Origin: Tubulanus polymorphus
Lineage: Eukaryota > Animalia > Nemertea
Direction of reading: 5' to 3'
Assembly: GCF_964204645.1 (NCBI RefSeq)
Contig: NC_134028.1
Span: forward strand, 25,230,345 to 25,294,344
DNA length: 64,000 nucleotides
How positions within the stretch are numbered: position 1 is the first letter of the stretch; every line of letters begins with the position of its first letter. A program made the position numbers and the translations under genes. Below the pieces are notes generated by a model. That model ran no database searches. It was given only the letters and a program-made list of their open reading frames with translations, and was not told the DNA's origin. Positions 28,101 through 42,368 of the stretch are shown piece by piece.

Positions 28101-30423
28101 TTTCAGCTAAATCTGCATTTACCTGTATTTTTTGAATCACGATAGGAAAGCGTTGGTTTTGAGCACAGAAAGAGCTAAACGTATTTTCATACGAACCCGA
28201 TTAAAGTTTCAAAACATTTGACTCTTCCCATGCGAAATTTCTAATTAGCTAGTCTTCGTTAGATTGGTCATAAAACAACCATTAGCTTAGACTGGTCTTA
28301 AGTCTATATAAAGAACCAAAAAAGATTTTCATTCCAGAAAGGGCAATAGAATTACATAACTAAGATGTACAACTAATTGACTAATCGATTGCAAAATTAG
28401 ACTTCTCTTCGGACATTAATTAAATTGCATTCTCATTAGTCTTTATGGTCCAGATTATACATAATTTTCCGAGCACAAAAAAGCAAAAGTAAATACGTGG
28501 AAATCGTAAGTTTAGTTTATTGTTTTCTTTTTGAAAGCCAGCCTATAAAGGCTTACGCGACAAATAAGAAAAAAGAAACAAAATACACGTTTTTTTTCAA
28601 ACACATTTCCAGCGTTTTGAATCAAATTATTTACTAGATTTCTTAAAAATTGGGTTTACCGAGAAAAATTGGGGTATACACAAATAACTCAAATCCGAAA
28701 AGTGATTGCATTTCAGAAATAAATAACAATAAGTTTACAATGACGATGGATGTATAATGTTGTAATGTAAAGCCCGGGATAAGGTTAAATAATACTACTA
28801 TCACAAAAATGAGCTTAGACTGGTCTTGAATCTGAGCCAAGCACAATTAACGACTGGGTACTATGTTACTATACTTAAGCGAATACGACTACTACATTTA
28901 CTCACAACATGTTTAATTCGTGTAATGAAGTAAATTAATAGAATTTCAAGTTAAACGTTGCCGTTGTCCTCAATTAATCGATAACAATGACGTTAAATAA
29001 ATCTAACTGTCTAGCTGTGTGTGTGGATTCAGATGATACTGATTTACATTATCACATCAATCATTCCACAGTGTAAACTATTAAAGCGAGGAATAAGTGT
29101 ACTATATCAACCGAAAATCAACCGAAATGTTTCATTTCATTTGCACATAAAATGTAGCCCAGCAGTTTTGGGACCCAGAGACCGTACTGAAGTTGTAGTA
29201 CCCGCATGCCTGCACGTAGGTCCAACCTTGGAGTAATCATTGAATTCAACGATTACTCCAAGGTCCAACCGTAGCTCGTACGTTCACCCGTAAATCTCAC
29301 GGGCGCGTACGGTTCCTGGCACGCACAGAGCCCTTCGTAACCGCATCTTGAAAATAGGATTGTTCGTCAATCTATGATTTATTACTTATCGTATGATTGG
29401 ATTACGAAAAATAGATATGAGATACTATTATTTGATATATAGACTATCAATGATAACTGTTGACTGTGTAATATGTAACTCTCCTCATAGAAATCTTTGA
29501 ATCGATGAAGAAATCCCAGGCGGAAACGATATTTTGCCCAATATCTGAACAAAGTGCTGAATTCGAAATTCAATTCTAAAACTGTATCCAAAGCGCGGTC
29601 CTTATAAGTAGCGCGGTTGTTTAAAAGCGTTAACGCTATCTGAATGCTAAATAGTATATTTATTATAGTATATTTAGATGGTAGAAATCGCGTAAATCCC
29701 AAATTAGAGTAACAAAACTATTCCATGAAATCAGCCACCATCTGGGCAAATTATTTTTCGCCCGGTAACGTTGATATAAGCTGACGCGCTCGTTTCGGAA
29801 AACATCGGCCTGAATGACGTCAATTAAGTAATAGATTTAACGAGATGTAGAATTCCACTGATAATGAAACTGATTAATTACAGAGATACATGCGCGTTCG
29901 CTTACTGTCTATACACAGCACGTCGATATATTGGTCAATTGACGCTCTTCAACTACTGGTCCTGATTTAAATATCAGTCGCTGTAAAAACAATACAATCT
30001 AGAGTCGTTGAACTAAACGAGAAATCGTCGAGAACATCTCTGGCTGGGAATGCGTCGTTCGCTTAGTGCGACTGCTGTGGACTGTGTCGATTGAATTCGA
30101 GTAATGACGTTTGAAAAATGATATTCATCGAAATTGAAATACCAGACTTGATAATAACATCAGAGCTTGAATGATGTTTGTCTTTGTGTCATCGCTAGAT
30201 TCGGTTTCTGCACGCTGTCTGTGCGCGAGTCCTTGGCTCTGAAGCGCAAATGTACTTTGAGTCGAAGGGCTTAGGTTAAAACTGATGGGATATATGAATT
30301 CGAAGTATCGATATTGTCTATGGTATCGTGTTATATTTCAACCTGAGAAAACCGAGATACAAACTCGGAATTAACCTCGAAAATCTTTCCAATGTCCCCA
30401 GGGCACCGTTTTATAGACTGGCA

Positions 30424-30489
30424 TTAACTTTAACCCGGGGATTAACTGAATTCATGTTCAATTGAGTTAACCCCCGAGTTTAAGTTAAC
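30424..30489. repeat. Imperfect palindrome, probably the core of another MITE next to 30494
   Basis: ttaactttaacccggggattaact pairs with agttaacccccgagtttaagttaa. Confidence 0.65.
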
Positions 30490-30493
30490 GCTT

Positions 30494-30607
30494 CAGGGTC
30501 CAGTTCCACAGTTCGGAGTTAAAATTTGACCCTGAGTTAACTCATTGAAAATGAACTAATTTTAACTCGGAGTTAACTCTAACTCACAACTGTGGAACTG
30601 GGTCCTG
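30494..30607. mobile_element. 114-bp MITE-like element, opposite orientation to 13283
   Basis: TIRs cagggtccagttccacagtt / aactgtggaactgggtcctg. Same length and internal sequence as 13283-13396. Confidence 0.85.
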
Positions 30608-33600
30608 TATATTTATTCATTAATTTCAGAAACGAATTACAACGATTTGCACAAAAACAATGAATAAATCAGTGCTACTTATATAAAGCTGAGCGTCCAA
30701 AAAAAAACCCAAAGCATGTGTAAACTGAAACCCTGAAAACGAATGTGAGATGTAGAATTTAGCAATTGAAGACCAGTCGTGTACCATACATGATACTGAA
30801 TACTTAGACACTGACGCAGATATCACCAGACCTCGTATGACTGTATAACACTTGTTGATATTATACTCGAGTCAAAATCAACCACTATACGCGAACAACT
30901 CGCGTTTAATTAGACGACGTCGTTAAAATACGCTTTCGCTTGTCGTTAATTCTATACTTGAAATGTTCCTAATGTTACTTTGATAGTTTATAACAAGTGA
31001 AATGAGCGATTCGTGTGCCGTGTGCGCTCAACATAATTCCACGATGCGAATTGATTTATTTTTTTCATTAAGTAACTTACGAAGATGGAATTTCAGCGGT
31101 TTTTCCAGCGCTATTGTTTCAGTGTTTAAAATGCGGGTCTATTCGAGAAATAAATGAACGGCAACAAACCGAAAACGAATACTGATGTAGGTGTATCAAT
31201 TTTAGCTCAGCGACACTCTACTATTATCTCTTTTTCCTGGCGAATGTCTGTATTTATTATAGAGTTCAGGGCCCTATAAGTGCGCAGTCGTCATTTAAGT
31301 CCAAAAGTGGTCTTAAATCTAGTTTTAGGTGGTTGAACTGGCCTTAGAACTAAGATGGTCTTGTGCTGGTCTTTAATCTAAGATAGAACGCAAAATGGCT
31401 CTACAAGGAGTCTTTCGCAAGACCCTCACAACTTGTCCCTTTTTCAAGAGACTCCACGTAAAGATTTGTCGTATTTTTGCTTTAAAGGGCACCATCAGAA
31501 TGCTTGCTCCGATGGTGTCGGCAAACCGCCCAGGTCTTGCCCCTGGATCAAGCCATTCGGATCGGTCGTATCTTAGTATTCGAACTCGGTGAATGATGCT
31601 AAGCTTGCGGATAAAATATCTTCAAAAAATTTGTGACGCAGCTGATTTGACGAATAGCGAAAGATTCGCTACTGATCAGCCAGTAATTCACGGGACACGC
31701 GACCGATTATCCCATAGCAGGCACCAATATACAGATAGACGAGTTTTACTGCCTGTTTTTGCAGAATGGTGTTAAGTGAAATCAGTATGTGTAAATGGGC
31801 ACCGAGAGTTGTTACTGATTAATTATGAAAGCCCTGTAAACATTGTCACACATGGAACTTCCATCTACGCGTTCTATATCGTATATAAATATACATAATG
31901 CATTGTTCGCGTCAGAATGACGTCGTGAATGCCGCGTAAAATGGCACCGGAATAGTTTTACTCGCATAATATATCCGCGTACACCCGTTTGAACATACAT
32001 TATGGATGACGAGGATGTACTAACCTAGTCATTAAACACGATTGACATCGCTATTATATCATCGCACGGTTAGATGCATTCGTACATATATTTAGATATA
32101 GTGCAGCTTTTTTGACGAGACCAGTCTAATCAGTGCGGCCGTACAAGAACGCCAACCAGTCTTTGCGACGACGTATACAAGTACCATTAATCGTCACTTC
32201 CGGTATTGACGTTTTGCAATGCTAAAGTGGCTTGTCGTCTTATAGAATCTCTACTAATGGTTGAGACGAGATGTTGCAGCAGGGGTTTATATCCGTCCCG
32301 TGCATCTTACTGGTAGCAAAGCTGCGCTGTCAACCGTCACTCGTCTACTGTTTTTGAGCCGTCAATGAGTTGAATGAAGCAGTCGGGCCGATAACCTGCA
32401 GAGTGCGTGAAAGCGGCAAAAAAGGAAAAGCGCTCATCGATACGAGAAAGTGGCGATTATATCCGGCAAAATATTTCGATTCGTCTTTGATTTTTGCGTA
32501 GAAGGATTTAGAGATTGGTCTCGACAAAAGAGCCGGGTTTTAAAGCGGAACTGTTACTGTTACAGTAACATGTGGTTTTACCAAAGGGCCAGTGCGCGAG
32601 AATGGGGCGGGGGTTAAAAAAAACCGACACAGCTGAACGAACTCTTGTGTCATTTGTCTCTGAATGAAACTAAAAACAAAAAAGAAATTCACGTTTTCTC
32701 ATTCTCTCATTTCGGGCTCGAGGAAACATTAATTTGTTTCTATGTTTCGTGTTTACGGGTGTCTTTGCGCGTCGTAACGCGAGTAAACACCTGCGATGAT
32801 TCACCGCCGTTCAGTTCTCATTAGAATCACTGAATCGAATCCTCGAGAGTGAAATTCACGTAGAGAGGCTAGCGTCCATATACGTCATCACGGCCGTCAA
32901 ACAGTATCGAATGTAACCTTCTTATTCGTTTAGATGCTTCGCTTGTGGCCATTATGACACCCCGTGACATCGTGGACGAAACCCCTACAAATCTACAAAG
33001 TAATTCATCATTGGTTATATTCATTCAGATTCAGCTCATTAGCACTGGTTGCGCAGTCATGTCTCAAGATCATTTCGAAGCCATCTTTGTTCTAAACAAC
33101 TGAATACCAGTTTTTATTTATTCTTAAATTATGGACCGTGCAGTTGGTTTTAAGTTAAAACCCACAATACAAAAAAACTAAGCGTTTGACGTTTCGATCC
33201 AGTTCTATGAGCCATTTTCAGTTTTCGAAAATGCTAATTTCGTATTTTCATCATATCGTTGGTTTTTACTTCATCGATATCAACCAGTCGCTTCTAGAAT
33301 AGAAATTGTGGAACACTGCGGAACCGGGTCCGAATCCGTGTTTTCATGCGCTCATTATCCGCAGAAACGACACTAAACATTTAAAAAACTGTATCAGACG
33401 ATGTTTATCCGTCAGCGAATACAACATGTCGTCGATTTGACCGCCAGTGAAGCAACGACTGAGACGCATTGTAATTACGCGAATTTGGCTTTTTATGCTG
33501 ATAACAGGTTGTGTGTATGCGGCAGAAAAAGTCGACGTCATTTTCCACGACGGCGTTGTTTTTTGGACGGAAATACTTCAACATACGTCGTAAATCGCCG

Positions 33601-35869
33601 TCGCAATCAGCACTTTCCTACACAAGACCCTCGTACCGATAATATCCCGAAATGTTGTCCATAATTCCGAGGTAATTTTCAAAAACATGAAAACTGCGTT
33701 CGGAGTCAATTCCCTGGTGTATGTCGTGTCGGTTGTAAACCATGTTTCTCGGCTAGATTAGGCGAGTGTTTTGCGTGACTTGTGTCATCTCAAGACGACA
33801 TGGTCATTATATTAGTTCCAAGTAATATCAACTAGAACTCTTGTCGTACTGTATTTCTATGTGAACGCGCAGTGTTGTTTGTCGTACAGAAATACGAGCA
33901 AATATACGACGAACGCTGGACGGCAATCTTTAAAATAAGGAAAAATGTTTCGCGCTTCGTGCGTATATCGAATCTTAGATAATACATGACATACCGACAG
34001 TAGACTCCCGAAGCCGACAGTCGACTGATGTAGAAGACCTTTCCTCGAAATATATCGGATCGTTCTGAGTCTTTCCTAGAACATGCCCTCTCACGTTTTT
34101 CAAGGATCGCCACTTAGAGAAGATGGATATGTCATCTAAAACTAGTAATGAAAAAGGCGACCTGCTTTTTTTTCTGAAATAAGTATCTATCGGCGTAGAA
34201 CCACATCAGTTCAAACGAACTTTCGCGCAGTGAGGTTTCGGCTCAATCATCAATGGATTATTTTAGAAACTGTGATGTAAAATCCTACAATAAGTTCCTT
34301 GAGCTAATATTCATTCTAACTATATCCTATAATAGTCATCTTCCGGAATACGGAAAACAATTTCCCGATTCGCGTTTTTCGTTTGTATCGTGAGATTCCA
34401 TCTGATATCAACACACATTGTATATCATCATGGTTATCTTATAACTAGAATATTTTTCCTCATTTTTGAAAGGGATTTTTACTGAATATTTTCATGTCTA
34501 CTTCGCTCTGATTTGTGGATTTGAGTGTGCCTAAAAGGACGGGAGGTTTTGAACGTCGCGCCGCTGCTGAGAAGGACATCCAGTTAGTTTTGTTCATCTT
34601 AAAGTAGATTGATTGCCAGACATTCATGGACGACATACATATAAATGTCGAGAAAACCGTATTAACGTTTAAAGGATATTTATAGATAAAAGTTAAACGT
34701 ATTTCATTTTGAAAATCGAATATTGAACATTGTCGATTCGTTTGAAAGGGATGCGCGTTCATACGATGATCATACATCCGACATCAAAGCGTGTTATTTC
34801 AGACTGCTGCGCGACGTCAATTTTCAATTCAACGAAATATGTTTTTCTTTGTGGCTACATTTTATTAATCGTGACATTCGCGGGTTTCATTTTAAAAGTC
34901 GATTTCAAAGGCGTGTTCGACAGGGGGACATTGTTTAACCCTGTTGGTATTGAAGGACCGACTTAAGCTGCGTAAAGACCACTGAAGCCTGACAACATAC
35001 TGAAGGACTTTCCGATACCAAGGGCCTTTATAATCGTTTTGTTTGTGTTCAAATGCTTCCATAGTCTGCCCCCCCCCCTTCACAGACCAGACCGAACACT
35101 TCTCTCCGAGTCACAGAAACTTCCCTCAGTTATATCATATCGTCTGATAAGTCATTAAGCAGATGTGCATCTGTGACAGTTGCGCCCATCTACAACACAT
35201 TCGTATCATTCACGTTCTACCAGCATTCAAACGACACCTCGAGATCCGTTCCGTCCAAGTCATCGCCTTTTTGTAGGGAACGCCTTTGATAAAAGTTCTG
35301 CTATCTATAAAGACACCGGTATAAATGAATTGTTTCAGATATATTGAGGTTGACGATGCGCCAGATCTCCGCCAATAGAGAACAAATTCATTCATGCCGA
35401 ACTTGCTTTATTATGAAACATCTTTCATTTTTTTCATCGTTTAATCAATTCGCGTATCAAAACCACTTAACTTGATTAGCGAACAAGCATCAAAGCCACG
35501 AGCGAGCTAAACGACTTTCTTTCGGTTAAATCTACCGCAGGATAGCGCCAAGCAGTGAGATGATGATTAATCGTGCTCAGTGTTTCCCATTGATCGTGTA
35601 TTATTGCTTTCATTGGATCTACGTTGTTTGTGTGTTTGTAAAACCGTTTTTACGGTTCCCCGTATAAATGACTATTCTATATGCGCGCATATACGTGTCA
35701 GGCCCGGCGCCGAATAATATCCCGAAACAAATTTTAGTTAGAACTGACGATTTCGTCGCGGAATGTGCTCTTGAATAAAGAATTATCGGTTATGATAATG
35801 CGTACGATCCTATGGCGCCATCTGGAGTCCATATGGATACGACGAGTCACATGATATACAGATGGTCAT

Positions 35870-36037
35870 TTGATTGGTCCCATGTGATTTCATTACAAAC
35901 AGCTATTGTCTGCTGCCTGTGGTCATGTGATTCCTTGTCCTGCAGTTGTTGCTTATTGGTTATGTGATTTTATTACGGGCGGCTATTGGTTGTTGCTTAT
36001 CGGGCATGTGATTGCATTACAGGCGGCCATCGGTTGC
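35870..36037. repeat. Degenerate ~35-47-bp tandem repeat containing atgtgatt
   Basis: atgtgatt...attac...gctattg...ttgctta recurs about 4 times. Confidence 0.6.
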
Positions 36038-38004
36038 TAGTTCGGATGAAATCTCCCGGGTTTGACTTTAAAAGTTCGAAATGAACTCATTTACCTCTTC
36101 AAGTCGACCTAAACCGATAACTGGGTCCAGATCGGCCGAATAATGTTCCTGGCTACAATATGATAATATGATAATTGTAATGATAATTTTTTCCAAGTAA
36201 AATTTTGTCGTCCGGTATCGTCGTTTCGCGGAACAGGGTTCGGGTAACAGAAGTAAAAAGACGTCGCAGAACTTCCTCTGCGCTGTGAATCTCCATTTCC
36301 TGATAAAAATACTCGATACACCGACGGGAAGATTCGCGTACATTGCAATGAAAACCGTAGGAGTTTCCTGTATACATGTTTATCAGAATCAGTTCGTAAA
36401 TTATTGTTTAAATCTATGCCGGTGAAATTATGATATCGATGACTTTACCTTCTGGTGATTATCTTAACTTTCATCCCTCGACCTGCTCAGCTGGACCCAT
36501 TAGCAGGTACCCGGTTTCGTTCCCCCTTTTGAAGAACCCGGGAAATGCCGCTGCAATCACGATTCGCACCTAAGAACCCTTATAACGAGATCAGACGTCA
36601 AATACCTTATTTCTTGGACAACTCGGAAACGCTCACCTTCCCGTTCTCATCGACGTATCCAGGACCGGATCCAGGTTAATGTGGTAAAAATCTGGGTCTA
36701 GACGAATACACATGTGCACTTCCCTTGTTTGTTGTATACGAACGTGCAACACGCAGACTACAGCGCAGAGAGTATGGCGTACACGCGGGAATGTTGTGTA
36801 CTCGTGTTATTAGATTCGTTTTCACCTGTCAAGCATAATTCCATCTGAACGTAGAACACCTTAATCGTGTAACTCATTCGAACTTAATCGGTTGATGCAT
36901 GATAAGAGTTCGAGTCGATTAAAACTTCAGGTACGTCATGAAGCAGCGGGTAACCCATCGGGGTGATAGTCGAGTACTACAGGATGGGCTCAACAAGAGT
37001 ACCTTTAATCGCTCTACTCTGGTCAAGAAGATTAAATACACGTTGATGATGTTGTGATAATATGCACACCAGACAATCCGAGCAATGAATTTGTAAATAG
37101 ATCCCCCTTCCGGGGTACGTGTGCTACCTCAGCCTTCAATACCGGACATGGCCACTCGAAATGATTTAACGAATCTTTAACGCTATGTAATGAAGCTAGG
37201 ATACTGCTAAGGGTAAAACAAACCGAAAGTTGCAGCCGAAACCTCAATCGAGGTGCATTCAACCTTCAATCGAAACTGTTCATATAAGACCAGACGATAA
37301 AGATTTTAGAAATGAACTCTCAACTTAAAAGAATATAGCAATATTTCACAGACAGAACAGCGAGAAAGTGGAAACATTCGATACGAGAGATTGAGAACGG
37401 GTACATGTACATAATGTATACGAAAGAGTATCGGGCCGCGGTGTGAATGCTTCCGTTTACCGCAGAATATCACTAATAACTATCACCATAGACTATCATT
37501 AATAATATGTTCCCCGAGGCTACCAGACGATAGCACCTTTAACCCGCGCCGGCGTCCGTCTGCCGTCAAATCTCTGGGAAAATCTGACCACGGGTCACAA
37601 GTCGCCATATGCAACTTCGTTGTTGCATTCTGTGTAGATCGTCGTGTCCCGTGTTTGAGGATTTATCTCCGATGGGTTATGGATCTATATTTCTTGGTAA
37701 TCCGCTAAGCAAGCATTGATCCCGGTGTAAATGTTTCTTCTGCTGGCATCGCGCACCGTGCAGTATAATGCTATAATCAGTTCATTATGCCTCACTCGTA
37801 CGTCAGTTTGATGTCAATTAACCATTGTTGCATCCGAGATACAGCGTACACGTCGACGACCAGTCAGCGAGCTGCGTAACGACTCTAATTTGCATAAATG
37901 CCGTAACGAATTCGTACGGTGAAAATTTGCGTGTCGTTTCTTCGTGAAAAGTGGAGCTCGTTGCTTTAGAACCCTCGTTATACAACAAGTGTACCAGTTA
38001 CTGC

Positions 38005-38245
38005 GGTGAATGAGGATTCACCAGGTGTCGCTAGTGTGCAGTAGGTTAACTACTGTGATTCCACTTTGGCAGTGAGGATCCTCCCGCCCACCAGGTGTCA
38101 CTAGTTTGTTGTGGACACTAACCGCCCTGGCAATGGAGAAGATCTTTTACAAGTTAAGAGCCACCAAGTGTGCTAGTGAGCAGTACGACATCAACCTATA
38201 CACTGCAGCAGTATTCCACCTGTGACAAGTGGGGATCCACCAAGT
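38005..38245. repeat. Inverted copy of the 17025 repeat family
   Basis: ggattcaccaggtgtcgctagtgtgcagtagg...gattccactttggcagtgaggatcc. Confidence 0.65.
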
Positions 38246-39457
38246 ATAGCAATACTACTGCAAATTACACGCTTTTGTGTCCACTAGAAGTTTCCATTAA
38301 AGCGTAGTTAAAAGTAGATGAAGGTTGACATCTATAGGCATGCCTCTGGGATAGCTGCTCTTTCAATACTTACAATCCGTGTTGGGCCGAATGTCAAAAT
38401 ATTTGAAATATACGTCTCAGTACTTCGTCGAAACGTTTTAGCTTTACAGAATGTCACGTGGCTTTGACGTGTTTCGTCTGGTTATGATTCGTAAATGAAT
38501 CATTATTTTTCCGAATATACATTACGACGTTGGCAACAACGACGAAGTTTAAATTCATCATGGAAACAATCCATCAATTTGAACCGTCGATAATACATCA
38601 GCTCCTGGCGTATAGACGCACCCCTCGTCGGGTCTGTCGTAATTACTGTTATTCCTGATCGCTGTACACGAGCAAGCAGTCATCCGTACCTGAACCTAAG
38701 GAGGAGACCATGCTTCACGCTTTGTAACCTTTAAACAATGTCCCCCTGTTTAATCGGCTGTAGATATTACGCTCTCTACTGTCTATTTACGCGGCGGTAA
38801 ATATGATTAATTCATTAACTTTATGGTGTTTGTGTACACGGAGTCAATTAGTAATGATGAAGACCCGCGGGGCGTGGATTGTCACACATTTAAATAAAGA
38901 TTTACTGTCAGGTAATGTGCTTAATTCTGGATTCAGACTGCTGAGAGCATTCTCCAGGTCAACCCGCGAAGGTCAACGAAGGGACTAATCTATTTAGTGT
39001 AGAGGTTATGCGCGTTACGTCACAGAGCGGGTAACTGAAATGAGAAGATTAACTGATTTCATTGGAAATCACGAACCTTCGTTGTGCACGCCAATTTTCC
39101 TGATGAAGATACCTGTACTATGTATGCACTAGAAGTGAAAGCTCGTAATTTCATAAAGAATCAGTAAACCTTAGAGTACAGCCGTGTTTTTTCATTGCAT
39201 GTGACCTTCATAGACGTGATGTGGCTAGGTCATTCGAGACTATCGCGGTTGAGTCGTCATCGTATAAGTCATTTAGTTTCAATTCGTATTATATAATTCT
39301 AATTCAAATCGTCGTTTGGATAGGTCGTCAATAAAATGATCGTTCCAAATACGGCGACTGAAGGGGGTTTGACTGTGTATGGGAAATATGCGGGAAATGC
39401 GGCCACAGAACAAAAAAAACATTGCCAATTTTGCACCATAGCCCAAAAGAATGATTA

Positions 39458-39678
39458 GGCTAAAAAAGATTGATACCTTGTTTCTCCGCTCTGCTGAGCT
39501 TAAATGTTGACCCGGCCGGCCGCCTATCTACCCTATACATTAATTTTTTTTAAAATCGTGATCAATTTTACCATAATAGACCCGGCCGCTATAGAAATGA
39601 ACTGTTTATAAATTTTATCATATTTTACAAAAATGACCCGGCCGCTGCGGAGAAACAAGGTATCATTTTTGTTTAGCC
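39458..39678. mobile_element. ~220-bp MITE-like element flanked by TA
   Basis: TIRs of ~32 bp: ggctaaaaaagattgataccttgtttctccgc / gcggagaaacaaggtatcatttttgtttagcc. The internal motif gacccggccg occurs three times. Confidence 0.75.
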
Positions 39679-40371
39679 TACCATATTCATCGTCCACAAT
39701 TTGTAAAATGTTCTGAAATGTTTCGTCCTTTATCCAAACCTCTTCGTATACGAGCACTGAAACAATATATATACATTTAATTCTTTATAATGTTGTACAC
39801 GGGACGAATATGGAAGTTACGGCCGAGAATAAACTAATGCATCTAATGAATAAAACATAGTTCTGAACCGATCTATTGGGAGTGATATGTAATCATCTGG
39901 AACATGTCTACAGAAAATAATAGGCAATTACTGGTCTTACTGCTGCAGTCTTATGCCGTATACAATTAGATGTAAGAAGATATAGTATTTTGCCTTTTGC
40001 CGAGCATATAAGTCTGGCGAATAGAAGATTATGCATTCGTACACGTGTATACCTGAAAACCTGATGCAAATGTAGGGAAAAAGGTTCAGTTGTTCGTTAC
40101 AACATGTACTGAAAACACGTCGGAAAATGTTAATTCGTTGCCTATGATGAAATAAAAAGGTCCCTTTTTCTCGTTTCGTGTTTTGAATCTGTTTATAGAA
40201 TAAGATTTATTCGACCTGAGGGGTAGGTGTATTTACCGAAGACTTCTTCTCGAGTCTGGTCGGTGCGAACACTTGTATCATCGTCAGTAGGCGCGTGTTC
40301 GCGGCAGATATTCTCTTCGCCTTGTGGGAAAATATTGTGTCTGAGAATTAGACATGCGCGCTCACTCCAAA

Positions 40372-40710
40372 CATCCTCCCCCGGCAGGGATTCGAACCTG
40401 ATGGCATCGAGATTGCCACGGCACGAAACCCTGCCATAATCGACCGTGTGCGCAGATACATGCGCAGTTCAGATGATGTGTTTTTTAGCCAATCAGAAAT
40501 CCCGTTTTATTTTAGCCCGGGTTTTCCCATTTATAGTTCTTCCTTGAAATTTGCCTCAACGATTATACAACGAGCAATCTGATTGGTGCCGCCAGTTTTC
40601 GTTCGGAAAGCTGCGCATGTACCTGCGCACCCGGTCTACTGATGCAGGGGTTCGTGCCGTGGCTGAGTGTAGCGATGCCATCAGGTTCGAGTCCCTGCAG
40701 AGGGAGGATG
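40372..40710. mobile_element. 339-bp foldback/MITE-like element with ~100-bp TIRs containing Pol III box-like motifs
   Basis: 40372-40469 is the reverse complement of 40609-40710 with small indels. Inner inverted CCAAT segments are present. Relatives lie at 57493-57595, 11213-11557 and 9976-10012. Confidence 0.75.
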
Positions 40711-41645
40711 ACCCAAAAGTGCATTTTCAAAAGTATACCGTATCTCTCTCGGTAAGAATGTGGTCAGCGGTGTAAGGCCATCTTCTCCGGCGCTCAATAA
40801 CAAAGTCAACACTCATCGTTCATAACCGTCAATCGTGAACGGACTACTAACTAACTAAACGATGTCAGAGGTCTGCTGCAACTGTTTGAGCGCTGTTTCA
40901 TGTGTGAAGGTGGAGATTTGAACCGTGGAGTGGATAGTTTTCTAGCTGCTACACGACATCGCAGACCCAATTATGTGAACATTGATATTTGTCGCTTGTA
41001 TTATGAGGCGCGTGTAGAGACGAGGTGGCAATCAAACAACGCAGTCTGAATCGACACAGATTGCTGCCATCTTTAACCTGTTTATGTAGACCGTTCGATA
41101 CGATATTCGATATGAGATTTTCGATATTCGATTATTAGAACTCTATTTAAAGCGCGCGCTAGTGTAAAGGCGGTTACAATCATTTCGATATGATGGAAAT
41201 ATGAACCGACGTACGATAGCCGGCATCCGACGACGTTCGCAAATGCAATTTCGCCCATTTTCATCATTAGATTATCGGACATTTTCTTGATTGCAGTGAA
41301 CGCCCTTTTTTAATCATCCAAAGAATGAATGTAGTTCGAACATGATCGAAAATTCTCTCGTCGATGATTGTATCCCAAATGAAGCTTTCGTAAGATAAAG
41401 CAGTGAAATTACAGGGCCGATGCGGGGTGGCTTTCCGAGGAAGATCTTTTTCGTTAAATCGTATTTGTGATCGACAATGAAACAGCTGCGTCTTAAACAT
41501 TATGATCGGTAACATTCATTGACAAAGTGACTCAATCGACCTAAATCGTGATACCGGAAAACTATCGGTTTCAAATATCCACAGTAGAAATTACATTTTG
41601 TGTTTGTGGTTTCGTCGTTCGTTGATGAATCGGAACGAGACGCCA

Positions 41646-41659
41646 CCACCAGATGGCGC
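41646..41659 (+). promoter_or_regulatory. CTCF-consensus motif
   Basis: CCACCAGATGGCGC matches CCASYAGRKGGCRS. Motif match only. Confidence 0.4.
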
Positions 41660-42368
41660 AAATAAAAGTCGGTTTTCTGTAGTCAAAATTAGTTAATTCT
41701 TCAAACAAATTTGAACAGGATTTTCAACTTTTTTCAGATTGACTTTTTATACTCGGTGTTTGGTGTAAATATGATTTTTTTTAATTCGGAGAAAATTTCA
41801 GCGATCATTAAATGAAGATTAAAATGTTTAACGAATCTAGCGGATGAGTTGGGAATCCTGCATTGCCACTGTAGCGTTTTCCATGCCCTATCGTCTATTG
41901 GCTTTTGATCGTGAATGCATTATTTTTAAACATGTTGCTTGTTGTTTATGCAACAACTACGAAAATTTACTTCGGAGGAAAAGACTTATTATTTTATATT
42001 CACCTACATTCCATTTTGTTTATAATTCAAACCTATTTATCAAAAAAGAAATACATATTGTTATTTAAAGCAATGTTAACAAAAAAAAATGATACAATGC
42101 GCTATCGTTCATTTAGCCTTAGTGCGGGATGCACGATTTTCCAAAGAAAATTACGATATTAAAATACATCGTTTGAATTTATGTTATTTATTGCATACAC
42201 GCAATGCTATAAATTGATATAAATGGTAAAACAGGAGTTTCTCGGTCATCAGACGTGACGCCAAGCACGGGTCAATTTGTGACGCAAATACGACTGGAAG
42301 AAAATGGAGAAGATTTAATTTTGAAATCGGAAATCGAGGTACAAATATAGTTGTGTGATCGGCGGTCG

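Noticed and set aside
40645-40700. tRNA gene
   Set aside because: A and B boxes are too close together, there is no anticodon arm or full cloverleaf, and it lies within a TIR.
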